Source: Lama guanicoe (taxonomy: Eukaryota). Taken from it: a DNA stretch of 64,000 bases. Positions within the stretch are counted from its first letter, which is position 1, and the number at the start of each line of letters is the position of its first letter. The stretch is taken from contig MU053652.1 of assembly GCA_013239625.1 (NCBI GenBank), forward strand, positions 5,571,902 through 5,635,901. Reading direction: 5' to 3'. This document shows positions 63,145 through 64,000 of the stretch, in pieces. The position numbers and the translations under genes were made by a program. The notes below the pieces were generated by a model. That model was given only the letters and a program-made list of their open reading frames with translations, ran no database searches and was not told where the DNA came from.

Positions 63145-63160
63145 CAGGCATTGATTTTTT

Positions 63161-64000
63161 AAAAAAAATCAACTTTATTAAAGAATAGTTTATATACCAT
63201 AATAGGCACCTATTTTAAGTATATTGTTTTATGAGTTTTGACAAATGCGTACACCTGTGTAACCACCAACCCAATGAAGACAGGGAATTTTCCTCATCAT
63301 TTAAAACGTTTCCTCTTGCCCCTGTGGCAGTAGTGTCCTCACTCTTCTCTGACCCCAGCCGATCTCCAATCTGCTTTATCACTAGTGACTAGATTTGCCT
63401 TTTGTAAAATTTCAGTGATAGGAACAATAGTGTATGTAGTCTTGGGACTGGCTTCATTTGCTCAGCATAATAGTTTTGAGATTCATCTCTGTTATTGTGT
63501 ATATCAGTAGCTTATTTCTTTGTATTGCTGATTTGTATTTCATTCTGTTGCTACACCACGATTTGTTTGCCCATTCACCTGTTGGTTGACATTTAGGTTA
63601 TTTTGAATTTTTAGCTATTATGAATAAAGCTACAATGAACAGTAGCATACAAGCCTTTATGTAGGCATGTTTTTACATCCCTTAGATAAATATACTTAGT
63701 AGTGGAATTTCTGGGTTGTATGCTGTGTGCATATATTTAATTCTGTGTATATGTGTCTATATGTATATTCAATTTAAAAATATTTAAGGAAGCTCCCAAA
63801 TTATTATCAAGTGCCTGTACCATTTTGCATCCCCACCAGCAAGATATGAGAGTTCCAGTTGCTTCACATCATTATTCCCACGTGATAGTGTCAATTTCTA
63901 TCTTCAGCCATTCTAGTGTATGTTTAGGGTTTCTCATTGCTTGTAGTTTTAATTTTATTTACCTGAAGATTTGTCCATTTGCATATCTCCTTTTCTAAAT
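63161..64000 (-). mobile_element. Old L1 (L1MB7/ME-like) 3' region, running off the window
   Basis: aactttattaaag...gagttttgacaaatgcgtacacctgtgtaaccacc...ccattcacctgttgg...attatgaataaagctacaatgaaca...ccccaccagcaagatatgagagttccagtt. Confidence 0.9.

Noticed and set aside
1..64000. A novel multi-gene biological system
   Set aside because: The window is repeat-rich mammalian non-coding DNA; I found no supported gene cluster or array.

Overview
This is mammalian nuclear DNA, AT-rich and CpG-depleted. It is probably camelid, judging by two vic-1-like tRNA-derived SINEs and the style of the short young L1 3' ends. It reads as a large intron or an intergenic region. I found no protein-coding exon I can assign to a known gene, no RNA gene and no prokaryote-type system. 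The listed ORFs are chance ORFs or decayed transposon frames; the only recognisable protein homology is to L1 ORF1p/ORF2p. Much of the window is interspersed repeat: MIR, L2, old L1M, MaLR/ERVL/ERV solo LTRs, and hAT and TcMar DNA transposons. Between these lie several repeat-free blocks with clustered TF motifs (candidate enhancers), two good CTCF motifs, an RFX X-box and a promoter-like CpG-enriched patch near 31 kb. The clearest unexplained structure is a ~230-bp non-repeat sequence retroposed by L1 machinery at 62901-63160, with a perfect 16-bp TSD, AATAAA plus poly(A), and an L1 endonuclease site. Repeat family names come from recalled consensus sequences, and most boundaries are approximate.
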